From contig CP010424.1 of NCBI GenBank assembly GCA_000830275.1, forward strand, positions 930,001 through 962,000: DNA of 32,000 nt, read 5' to 3'. The first letter of the stretch is position 1. Every line of letters starts with the position of its first letter. The stretch comes from an archaeon GW2011_AR10. GTDB lineage: Archaea > Iainarchaeota > Iainarchaeia > Iainarchaeales > GW2011-AR10. Both the position numbers and the translations under genes were made by a program. Below the pieces are notes generated by a model. The model was not told where the DNA came from, did not search any database, and saw nothing but the letters and a program-made list of their open reading frames with translations. This document shows positions 15,939 to 23,667 of this stretch, piece by piece.

Positions 15939-17189
15939 ATGCAGAGAAAGGATTCCAGAATCAGCGGATTCTATGAGAAAGCGATAGAGGAAAGGCAGGA
16001 AATAGTGAAAGAGTTTGCAGGGTTAAGCGAAGAGGAAGCAGCACAACTGAAAAACTTTGGCGCATTGGGAAAAGAGCGCGCGCAGCAAATGATTGAAAAT
16101 GTTGTTGCGGGATTTGAGCTGCCGATGGGAATAGCAACCAACTTCTACATAAACGGTGAACCGAAATTAATTCCAATGGTTTTGGAGGAGCCCAGCGTTG
16201 TTGCAGCAGCATCAAACGCTGCAAAGCTGAGCGAGGGCTTTGAAACAAGCTCTTCTGAACCAATAATGATTGGCCAAATACAGATGGTGAAAGTGAAAAA
16301 TGCGGGAAAAGCAGTTAAAGCAATCAAGAAAAAAGAAAAAGAGCTCATAGAGAAAGCAATGGCTGTTGACTCAACGCTAGTAAAATTCGGCGGCGGGCCA
16401 AGAAAAATTGAGGCAAGAGCGATTAAAGGAATGTTAATAGTGCACCTTCTCGTTGATGTTAGGGATGCGATGGGCGCAAACGCAGTTAACACAATGTGCG
16501 AGCGCATCTCCCCCGTGCTTGAAGAAATAACCGGCGGGAAAGCAAGGTTAAGGATTCTAAGCAACCTCGCAGTTCACAGGACAGCAAAAGCAAAAGCAGT
16601 GTGGAAAAAAGAAAAAATTGGGGGGGAAGCAATTGAAGCAATACTTGATGCGTACAAGTTTGCTGCTGCTGACCAATTCAGGGCAACCACACACAACAAG
16701 GGCATAATGAACGGAGTTGATGCTGTTGCGATTGCAACAGGCAATGATTTCAGGGCAGTTGAAGCAGGAGCGCACAGCTTTGCTGCATACAAAAAAAAAT
16801 ATTCTCCTCTCACAAAATTCTACAAGAACAAATCAGGGGATTTAGTTGGAGAAATTGAATTGCCTCTGGCTGTTGGAACTGTTGGAGGGGCAACAAAAAC
16901 GCATCCAACAGCAAAAATTGCAGTAAAAATTCTGGGGGTTAAAGGCGCGCAGGAATTGGCTGAAATAATGGCCGCGGTTGGCTTGGCAAACAACTTTGCT
17001 GCAATGAGGGCTTTGGCTACTGAAGGAATCCAAAGAGGGCACATGAAGCTGCACGCAAAAAACATTGCAATTCAGGCAGGAGCGGAAGGAACAAGAGTGG
17101 AAGAAATTGCAAAGCAGCTGGCGGAAGAAAAAAACATAAATGTTGGAAGAGCAAAAGAAATAATAGAGGGGAAGAAAACAAAGTCGTGA
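15939..17189 (+). CDS. hmgA: HMG-CoA reductase, class II (bacterial/Archaeoglobus-type)
   Basis: 416 aa. ENVVAGFELPMGIATNFYINGEPKLIPMVLEEPSVVAAASNAAKL and DAMGANAVNTM match class II signatures (class I enzymes have DAMGMN). GGTGA lies upstream of the ATG. Confidence 0.9.
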   Translation: MQRKDSRISGFYEKAIEERQEIVKEFAGLSEEEAAQLKNFGALGKERAQQMIENVVAGFELPMGIATNFYINGEPKLIPMVLEEPSVVAAASNAAKLSEGFETSSSEPIMIGQIQMVKVKNAGKAVKAIKKKEKELIEKAMAVDSTLVKFGGGPRKIEARAIKGMLIVHLLVDVRDAMGANAVNTMCERISPVLEEITGGKARLRILSNLAVHRTAKAKAVWKKEKIGGEAIEAILDAYKFAAADQFRATTHNKGIMNGVDAVAIATGNDFRAVEAGAHSFAAYKKKYSPLTKFYKNKSGDLVGEIELPLAVGTVGGATKTHPTAKIAVKILGVKGAQELAEIMAAVGLANNFAAMRALATEGIQRGHMKLHAKNIAIQAGAEGTRVEEIAKQLAEEKNINVGRAKEIIEGKKTKS

Positions 17190-17193
17190 AAAA

Positions 17194-18240
17194 ATGAAGT
17201 CGGGAATTGTTGGTTACGGAGCATACATTCCAAGGTATAGAATAACGGTTGAAGAGATTGCACGCGTTTGGGGAAAGGACGGAAAACACGTTTCAGCAGG
17301 GTTGGGGGTTAAAGAAAAGGCTGTTGCAGCAATGGATGAAGATACCGCAACCATAAGCATTGAGGCAGCAAGAAGAGCATTAGAGCAGTCAGGAATTAAC
17401 CCGCAAAAAATTGGGGCAATTTATGTTGGCAGCGAAAGCCACCCATATGCTGTAAAGCCAACGGCAACAATTGTAACGGATGCAATTAATGCCGGACCAG
17501 AATTAACTGCTGCTGACTTGGAGTTTGCGTGCAAGGCAGGCACAGCAGGAATCCAGATGTGTGCAGGAATGGTTGAATCAGGAATGATTGAATACGGCAT
17601 GAGCATTGGTGCGGATACGGCACAAGGAAGGCCAAACGATGTATTGGAATTCACTGCTGCAAGCGGCGGCGCTGCCATAATAGTTGGAAAAAAGCCAAGC
17701 GAAGTTATTGCAAAACTGGAGGACACTTACTCTTTTACAACTGACACGCCTGACTTCTGGAGGAGGCAGCACGCGGAATTTCCAAAGCATGCTGGAAGGT
17801 TCACCGGGGAACCAGCATACTTCAAGCACCTGATTAGTGCAGCACAGGGAGTAATGAAGAAAACAGGCTTGAAAGCAAAAGACGTTGATTACTTTGTGCC
17901 GCACCAGCCTAATGGAAAGTTTCCAATGCTTGCAGCGAAAAGTTTGGGAATTGGATTGGAGAAACTGGAGCAGGCGCTGCTTACGCCAATGGTTGGAAAC
18001 AGCTATTCGGGGAGCTCAATGGTTGGCTTAGCATCGGTTCTGGATAAAGCAAGGGCAGGGGACAAGATTTTGATGGTGAGTTATGGTTCGGGAGCAGGCA
18101 GTGATGCTTTTGTTTTCACTGCAACAAAAATTTTGGAGAAAAAAAGGGCAAAAGTCGCGGTAAAAAAAATGATTGAGGAAAAGGAATACATTGATTACGC
18201 GAAATACGTTATTTTCAGGAAAAAACTGAAAACAATTTAG
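17194..18240 (+). CDS. HMG-CoA synthase, archaeal type
   Basis: 348 aa. N-terminus is IVGYGAYIPRYRITVEEIARVWGKDG. The catalytic Cys context is DLEFACKAGTAG. It lies 4 nt after the reductase stop. Confidence 0.9.
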   Translation: MKSGIVGYGAYIPRYRITVEEIARVWGKDGKHVSAGLGVKEKAVAAMDEDTATISIEAARRALEQSGINPQKIGAIYVGSESHPYAVKPTATIVTDAINAGPELTAADLEFACKAGTAGIQMCAGMVESGMIEYGMSIGADTAQGRPNDVLEFTAASGGAAIIVGKKPSEVIAKLEDTYSFTTDTPDFWRRQHAEFPKHAGRFTGEPAYFKHLISAAQGVMKKTGLKAKDVDYFVPHQPNGKFPMLAAKSLGIGLEKLEQALLTPMVGNSYSGSSMVGLASVLDKARAGDKILMVSYGSGAGSDAFVFTATKILEKKRAKVAVKKMIEEKEYIDYAKYVIFRKKLKTI

Positions 18241-18248
18241 GTGAAGCA

Positions 18249-18443
18249 ATGATAAAAAGAAGGCAGGGGCTAACCAAGAGAGAAAGAATAGTTCAACAGC
18301 CAAAATTAGAAATCATATACAGAGATCATGAAATGGCAACCTATTACTCAAAATTAATTTTAAAAGGGCTTGGGGAAAGAGAAGCAGTGCAAAAAACATT
18401 GGAGCATTTCAGAAATTTGAGAAGAGGTAAACTTGATGCGTAG
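18249..18443 (+). CDS. 64-aa hypothetical protein inserted between the HMG-CoA synthase and thiolase genes
   Basis: AGGTGA lies 5 nt upstream of ATG 18249, immediately after the synthase stop. Its stop (18441-18443) overlaps the thiolase ATG 18436 (ATGCGTAG). The sequence is basic and helical (MIKRRQGLTKRERIVQQPKLEIIYRDHEMATYYSKLILKGLGEREAVQKTLEHFRNLRRGKLDA). I recognised no family. Confidence 0.55.
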   Translation: MIKRRQGLTKRERIVQQPKLEIIYRDHEMATYYSKLILKGLGEREAVQKTLEHFRNLRRGKLDA

Positions 18444-19596
18444 CGTAAGTATTATTGGTTTCGGGCAGACAAGGTTCGGGGAGCTCTGGGAGAAAGGGTT
18501 CAGGGAAATGATTGCAGAGGCAGGGGTCAAGGCAGTTCAGTCTGCAGGCCTTGACGGAAAAGAAATTGAAGCGGTTTTCGGCGGCACAATGGCTTCAGGA
18601 AGGTTTATTGGGCAAGAACACATTGGCGCATTAATAGCTGACCAGCTTGGGTTGAATCCGATTCCTTCAACAAGGTCAGAGGCTGCGTGCGCTTCAGGCA
18701 GCATTGCATTGAGGAATGCATTCCATGCTGTTGCATCAGGTGACCACGACATTGTGGCAGTTGGAGGCGTGGAAAAAATGACTGAAATTGATGTTGGCGC
18801 AACAAGCTTTGCATTGGGAGGGGCAGGAGACCAGGAAACAGAGCTGTTCCATGGAGCAACCTTTCCGGCGCTTTACGCCCTAATGGCGAGAAGGCACATG
18901 CACGATTATGGCACAACCGAGCAGCAGATGGCTGCTGTGGCAGTGAAAAACCACAAAAACGGAATGCTTAACGAGCACGCGCAATTCCACAAAGAGTTTA
19001 CAATAGAGCAGGTAATGAATTCAGGCTATGTTGCATCGCCGCTTAAACTGCTTGACTGCTCTCCGATAAGTGATGGAGCAGCAGCACTTATTGTTGCTGA
19101 AACGGGCAAAGCAAAGAAATTGGTTGAGCAGCCGATAGAAATAATTGCATCAAGCCAGTCAAGTGACAGTTTGGCTTTGGCAAGCCGGAAAAGTTTGACG
19201 GAATTGGCTGGAACAAAGCATGCGGCAAAAACGGCTTTCGAGCGCGCTGGCATAAAGCAAAAAGATGTCAGTGTAGCGGAAGTGCACGACTGCTTTACGA
19301 TTGCAGAAATACTTGCAATAGAGGACTTGGGTTTCTTCAAGAAAGGCGAAGGCGGAAAAGCCACAGAGCAAGGCAGAACAGCATTGAACGGGGAAATTCC
19401 TGTTAATCCTTCAGGAGGTCTGAAGGCATGTGGGCATCCAGTTGGAGCAACGGGAGTAAAACAGGCTGGAGAAATATTTTTGCAGTTGACAGGAAAAGCA
19501 GGCAAAAGACAGGTTAAGGGGGCTGAGATTGGGTTAACGCACAATGTTGGCGGCTCAGGAGCTACTGTTACTGTACACTTGTATAGGAGAGCTTAA
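18436..19596 (+). CDS. Acetyl-CoA acetyltransferase (archaeal thiolase)
   Basis: The active-site Cys context is SEAACASGSIALRNA. The C-terminus is GLTHNVGGSGATVTVHLY. GAGGT lies 8 nt upstream of ATG 18436 (the track ORF starts at TTG 18433). Confidence 0.9.
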   Translation: MRSVSIIGFGQTRFGELWEKGFREMIAEAGVKAVQSAGLDGKEIEAVFGGTMASGRFIGQEHIGALIADQLGLNPIPSTRSEAACASGSIALRNAFHAVASGDHDIVAVGGVEKMTEIDVGATSFALGGAGDQETELFHGATFPALYALMARRHMHDYGTTEQQMAAVAVKNHKNGMLNEHAQFHKEFTIEQVMNSGYVASPLKLLDCSPISDGAAALIVAETGKAKKLVEQPIEIIASSQSSDSLALASRKSLTELAGTKHAAKTAFERAGIKQKDVSVAEVHDCFTIAEILAIEDLGFFKKGEGGKATEQGRTALNGEIPVNPSGGLKACGHPVGATGVKQAGEIFLQLTGKAGKRQVKGAEIGLTHNVGGSGATVTVHLYRRA

Positions 19597-19597
19597 A

Positions 19598-19996
19598 ATG
19601 GACGGGGCAATTCCAATTCACTGGCGGAGGTTTGATGAAAGATACAGGCTTACAGGAAGCCACTGCTTAACCTGCGGCAGCTACTATTTTCCAAAACGCG
19701 TTATTTGCCCGAACTGCAGGCGCAGGGGAAAAATCGTTGATGAAGAAATGCCTCGCACCGGCAAAATATTGAGCTGGACAGAGGTATTTGTTGCGCCAAC
19801 CGGCTTTGAAAACGAAACGCCCTACTTTATTGCAATAATTGAGCTGGAAAACAAGACAAGAATTCTTTCACAGATAGTTGACTCCGGCAAAGACAAAATA
19901 AAAATTGGGGCAAAAGTCAAAAAGGTTTTCAGAAAAATAGCTGACGAGCACGAAGAAGGAGTTATTGCCTACGGTTACAAATTTAAAGTAGAATAA
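19598..19996 (+). CDS. DUF35 OB-fold/zinc-ribbon protein (scaffold of the archaeal thiolase/HMG-CoA synthase complex)
   Basis: MDGAIPIHWRRFDERYRLTGSHCLTCGSYYFPKRVICPNCRRRG gives a four-Cys ribbon. ATG 19598 lies 1 nt after the thiolase stop. The track start at 19544 would overlap the thiolase gene by 53 nt, so I do not use it. Confidence 0.85.
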   Translation: MDGAIPIHWRRFDERYRLTGSHCLTCGSYYFPKRVICPNCRRRGKIVDEEMPRTGKILSWTEVFVAPTGFENETPYFIAIIELENKTRILSQIVDSGKDKIKIGAKVKKVFRKIADEHEEGVIAYGYKFKVE

Positions 19997-20010
19997 ATGT
20001 TATTTATCTA

Positions 20011-20592
20011 ATGTACCGAAGATATAGCACAAAAGCAATAGGCTTGCTTAAAGTGGTTAGGGATGCTCTCAAAATAAGCAGAAAACAAAGAGGAAAATAT
20101 CAGGCAAACCTGAATGCGACAATTCACTTTCTGCGAAAATTGCCTCTCACAAGAAAACAGTTTGAGAAAGCAAAAAAAATGGAGTTGCACCGCTTAAGAA
20201 TCATCCAAATAGAAAGAGAATTCTTTGAACAGGAGAGAAGGCCAAAAGTTAGAGCAGGCCTACTGAAAAACCTGATTAAAACTTTTGAAGTGGAAGCTGA
20301 AAAAGTAAGGGAAAGAAATCAGCTGGTTTTGGAAGGCGCAACGATTAATAGCATGAGCAGGGTTAAAATGCTCTTAAGCAATGAACTGCAAAGGCTCCAA
20401 AAAGTTGGAAACCACGAAGCAGTTGACTTTCTTCCAAGCATGAACCTAGAGCAATTGGAAGGAGTATTCGTAATCGTGGAAACTATTCATGCTGAAGAAT
20501 TCAGGCAGCTCATAGGAAGAGAAAACTATAGGGAATATGCAAACCACATTAATGAAGCAGCAGAATTAATTGAAGGGGAAATGAAAAAATAA
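20011..20592 (+). CDS. Hypothetical K/R/E-rich helical protein, 193 aa
   Basis: ATG ORF co-directional with and contiguous to the mevalonate cluster. Its purine-rich codon bias matches neighbouring genes. I recognised no family. Confidence 0.55.
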   Translation: MYRRYSTKAIGLLKVVRDALKISRKQRGKYQANLNATIHFLRKLPLTRKQFEKAKKMELHRLRIIQIEREFFEQERRPKVRAGLLKNLIKTFEVEAEKVRERNQLVLEGATINSMSRVKMLLSNELQRLQKVGNHEAVDFLPSMNLEQLEGVFVIVETIHAEEFRQLIGRENYREYANHINEAAELIEGEMKK

Positions 20593-20608
20593 TTATGCGG
20601 GTGATGAC

Positions 20609-20947
20609 TTGGTAGATTTAAGCAAAATTCCCGCTAGCACTCTGCAGGCAACAGTACGAAAACGCCACTTAGACCTTCTTGTACTTGAATTGAACCTGCA
20701 AATGAACAGTGCAGATGAAGTTGTGCTTGAAAGCATTAATAACAGAATTCGCTCACTGGTTGAATGCGCTGAAGAGCTTGTGAGGAGAAAACAGCGAGTC
20801 CACATTGATCTAGCAAAGCTGACTCCGGTAGTGAGGGGCAAACTCGAGAAAGCAATAGGGGAAAGCCGGGTTTTGGGGCCTAAAGCAATTGAAGGAAGGC
20901 AAAAAAGGGAAATGCCGAAGCCAAAACGGCGGAGGCTTCCGAAGTGA
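20609..20947 (+). CDS. Hypothetical basic protein, 112 aa (TTG start; the first internal ATG is at codon 32)
   Basis: The ORF opens 17 nt after the previous stop. The C-terminus is strongly basic (RQKREMPKPKRRRLPK). The start codon is uncertain. Confidence 0.4.
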   Translation: MVDLSKIPASTLQATVRKRHLDLLVLELNLQMNSADEVVLESINNRIRSLVECAEELVRRKQRVHIDLAKLTPVVRGKLEKAIGESRVLGPKAIEGRQKREMPKPKRRRLPK

Positions 20948-20986
20948 ATCCGAAAAAAAGAAAATAAGAAAAGCCTAGATTTATTC

Positions 20987-21229
20987 ATGGCGAAAAAAGC
21001 AAAACCCAGGAAACCCAAGTCAAGGGCATTAGAGGAAGTGAGCGCAACACTCTTCAAGCTGGAGCTGAATGCTTCGCTTCGCAAGCCCAGGAACGCTGAA
21101 ACAATTGCAAAAAAGTACAGAAGCATTGGCAGAAATGACCTAGCAAAAATAATACTGCAGACAAGCAAGAAAAAAAATCTTGACAGAACCGAAATAAACG
21201 CATTGACAAAAAAGGCAAAGCTGAAGTGA
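20987..21229 (+). CDS. Hypothetical very basic protein, 80 aa (MAKKAKPRKPKSRALEE...)
   Basis: ATG ORF ending 4 nt before the mevalonate kinase ATG. It is Lys-rich. I recognised no family. Confidence 0.45.
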   Translation: MAKKAKPRKPKSRALEEVSATLFKLELNASLRKPRNAETIAKKYRSIGRNDLAKIILQTSKKKNLDRTEINALTKKAKLK

Positions 21230-21233
21230 CCTA

Positions 21234-22166
21234 ATGGGAAAAGGAAGCGGTTACGGCAAAACAATTCTGTTCGGCGAGCACTTTGTTGTTTACGGCTTGC
21301 CTGCAATTGCATCAGCTCTGGGAAGCACGACAACAGCAGAAGTAAAGAGAGCAGACATTAATGGTTACGAGTTGATTGACAACAGACCGGAAACCGCTGG
21401 CTATAAGGAACAGAAAAAAGAGGAGTACGAAAAACTAATTGAAAATGTAATTAAGTTCATGGAAGTCAAAGAAGGGATAAGGATCACTCTTGGAGGAAAC
21501 CTTGTTGCTGCTTCAGGCGTGGGAGCAAGCGCTGCATGCGCTGCTGCACTTGCAAGAGCAATCAACAACGAATTTAGGTTGGACTGGAACGATGACAAAA
21601 TAAATGAGGCAGCATTCGAGGGAGAAAAAGGGCCTCATGGCACGCCGAGCGGGATTGACAATACCGCAGCTGTTTTTGGCGGGTTGCTGCTGTTCAAAAA
21701 GAATCTTGGAGGCAACCAAAACACAATAAAAAAAATGAAGCTACGGAAACCGGTTGAAATTGTGCTTGGAAACAGCGGGAAAACAAGCAGCACAAAAGAA
21801 GTTGTTGGTGATGTAAGGAGACTGGAAGAAGAACAGCCAAAAAAAATAAATGCAGTGTTCGAAGAGTATGGAGCATTAGTTGAGGAAGCAAAAAAAGCAT
21901 TAAAAGATTATGACTTGAAAAAAGTTGGCACGCTTATGAACAAAAACCATGAACTCCTGCAGAAAATAACCGTTAGCAGCAGCGAACTGGATGAAATGGT
22001 TGAAACAGCACGAAATGCAGGTGCGCTTGGGGCAAAGCTTACTGGCACAGGCAGAGGCGGCCTAATGATTGCATTGACTCCTGGAAAAAATCTGCAGGAA
22101 AAGGTTGCTGAAGCGATTGAAGCCCAAGGCTACACTGTTTTCAGAAGCAAAATCGGGGGCAGTTGA
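21234..22166 (+). CDS. mvk: Mevalonate kinase (GHMP family)
   Basis: Motifs are GKTILFGEHFVVYG, the GHMP motif GVGASAACAAALARA, and KLTGTGRGG. Confidence 0.9.
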   Translation: MGKGSGYGKTILFGEHFVVYGLPAIASALGSTTTAEVKRADINGYELIDNRPETAGYKEQKKEEYEKLIENVIKFMEVKEGIRITLGGNLVAASGVGASAACAAALARAINNEFRLDWNDDKINEAAFEGEKGPHGTPSGIDNTAAVFGGLLLFKKNLGGNQNTIKKMKLRKPVEIVLGNSGKTSSTKEVVGDVRRLEEEQPKKINAVFEEYGALVEEAKKALKDYDLKKVGTLMNKNHELLQKITVSSSELDEMVETARNAGALGAKLTGTGRGGLMIALTPGKNLQEKVAEAIEAQGYTVFRSKIGGS

Positions 22167-23159
22167 ATGAAAGCAACCGCAAGAGCAAACGCAAACATTG
22201 CGCTGGTGAAATACTGGGGAAAAAGAGATGATGAACTGATTCTTCCAATGAATGGAAGCATTTCTGTCACTCTAAGCGGGTTAAACACTGTTACTACTGT
22301 TGAGTTTAACGAGAAACTGAGAAACGACGTTTTTGTGCTTAACGGAGTTGAGCAAAAAGGGGATGAACGGAAAAAACTCGGAAACCACTTGGATTTAGTG
22401 AGAGAAAAAGCAAAAATCAAGTGGAATGCGAGGGTTGAAAGCAAGAACAATTTCCCAACTGCTGCGGGCCTGGCTAGTTCCGCTTCAGGCTTTGCAGCGC
22501 TAAGCGTCGCAGCAGCAAAGGCCGCGCACCTTGAATTGAATGAAAAGGAGCTTTCAATTCTTGCGAGAATGGGCTCTGGAAGCGCTTCAAGGAGCATTCA
22601 CGGTGGCTTTGTAGAATGGCAAAAGGGAACCAAAAAAGACGGTTCTGACAGTTATGCTGAGCAGATTGCAAAGCCAGGGCACTGGGAAAATTTCCGCATT
22701 CTTACAACAATTGTTTCAGGAAAGGAAAAGAAAGTTAAAAGCAGGGCAGGAATGAAGCAGACCGTTCAAACATCACCAATGTACAAGGGTTGGCTTGAAA
22801 CGGTTGAAAATGATTTGGAAAATGTTAGAGCGGGAATACTGAAAAAAAACTTTTCTTTGGTGGGGGAAACCGCTGAAATGAATGCACTGAAAATGCATTC
22901 AACAATGCTCACAACAAGGCCAGCAATAATTTACTGGGAGCCGGAAACAATAGAAATAATGCACGCAGTGCAGGAACTAAGAGAAGAGGGAACAGAATGC
23001 TATTTCACAATTGATGCTGGCCCGCAAGTAAAGGTTTTGTGCTTGCAGAAAAATGAGGCAATCGTAACAGCAAGGCTTGGAGAAATAACGGGCCTGCAAA
23101 AAATCGTTCCGTGCAAAGTAGGCGGGAAAGCAGAAACAATTTCAGAGCACTTTTTTTAG
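22167..23159 (+). CDS. mvaD: Mevalonate diphosphate decarboxylase family protein
   Basis: Motifs are ARANANIALVKYWGKRDDELILPMNGSISVTL, AAGLASSASGFAAL and GSGSASRS. It starts directly after the mvk stop. Substrate specificity (mevalonate-PP versus mevalonate-P) cannot be decided by eye; the adjacent PMK gene favours the diphosphate. Confidence 0.85.
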   Translation: MKATARANANIALVKYWGKRDDELILPMNGSISVTLSGLNTVTTVEFNEKLRNDVFVLNGVEQKGDERKKLGNHLDLVREKAKIKWNARVESKNNFPTAAGLASSASGFAALSVAAAKAAHLELNEKELSILARMGSGSASRSIHGGFVEWQKGTKKDGSDSYAEQIAKPGHWENFRILTTIVSGKEKKVKSRAGMKQTVQTSPMYKGWLETVENDLENVRAGILKKNFSLVGETAEMNALKMHSTMLTTRPAIIYWEPETIEIMHAVQELREEGTECYFTIDAGPQVKVLCLQKNEAIVTARLGEITGLQKIVPCKVGGKAETISEHFF

Positions 23160-23169
23160 GTAATAGTAT

Positions 23170-23667
23170 ATGAAAGAAATGCTGGATATTGTCAACGAAA
23201 AAGATGAAATAATAGGAATAAAGGAAAGAAAAGAAGTTGAGGAAAAAGGCCTTCTGCACAGGGTTGTATACGTTTACGTGCACTTGAATGGGAAAGTTCT
23301 GATAGAGAAAAGGAGCAAAAGCAAGAGGCCGGGGCATTACACTATTGTTGGAGAAACAGTGCAAAGTGGCGAGAGCTACGGGAAGGCAGCGTACAGAGGA
23401 GTGAAAGAGGAAACAGGACTCAAAGCCGGAAAATTGAGGCTTCTTGGAAAAATCCAGAGCAATGACAAGGAAGAAAAAGACAACAAAATAGTTGAGGTTT
23501 TTTCATGTGAAGGAAAAGGGAAAGTAATGGCGCAGGAAGAGGAAGTGGAAGAAATAATTTTTTTGGAGCCGAAAAAAATTCAGGCTTTTATTGAAAGGCA
23601 GAGAAAAATTGCTCCTGCATTTGTTGACACTTTTAAGGTTTACAAGGAAAAGATGCTAGATGGTTAA
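23170..23667 (+). CDS. Nudix-fold protein (COG1443/IDI-like branch), 165 aa
   Basis: LLHRVVYVYVHLNGKVLIEKRSKSKRPGHYTIVGETVQSGESYGKAAYRGVKEETGL contains a near-canonical Nudix box. It reads Gx6Ex7RGVxEExGL against the consensus Gx5Ex7REUxEExGU. The gene starts 10 nt after the mvaD stop and overlaps the PMK start by 8 nt. Confidence 0.75.
   Translation: MKEMLDIVNEKDEIIGIKERKEVEEKGLLHRVVYVYVHLNGKVLIEKRSKSKRPGHYTIVGETVQSGESYGKAAYRGVKEETGLKAGKLRLLGKIQSNDKEEKDNKIVEVFSCEGKGKVMAQEEEVEEIIFLEPKKIQAFIERQRKIAPAFVDTFKVYKEKMLDG

Noticed and set aside
19544-19597. Upstream extension of the DUF35 ORF given in the track
   Set aside because: It would overlap the thiolase 3' end by 53 nt. ATG 19598 lies 1 nt after the thiolase stop and yields the expected DUF35 N-terminus.
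20593-21333. 246-aa minus-strand ORF spanning two of the small basic ORFs and the first 100 nt of mevalonate kinase
   Set aside because: It has the F/S/L-rich low-complexity composition typical of the antisense frame of purine-rich (GAA/AAA/AAG) coding sequence. It would overlap the conserved GKTILFGEHFVVYG N-terminus of mvk. I found no start-site signals.
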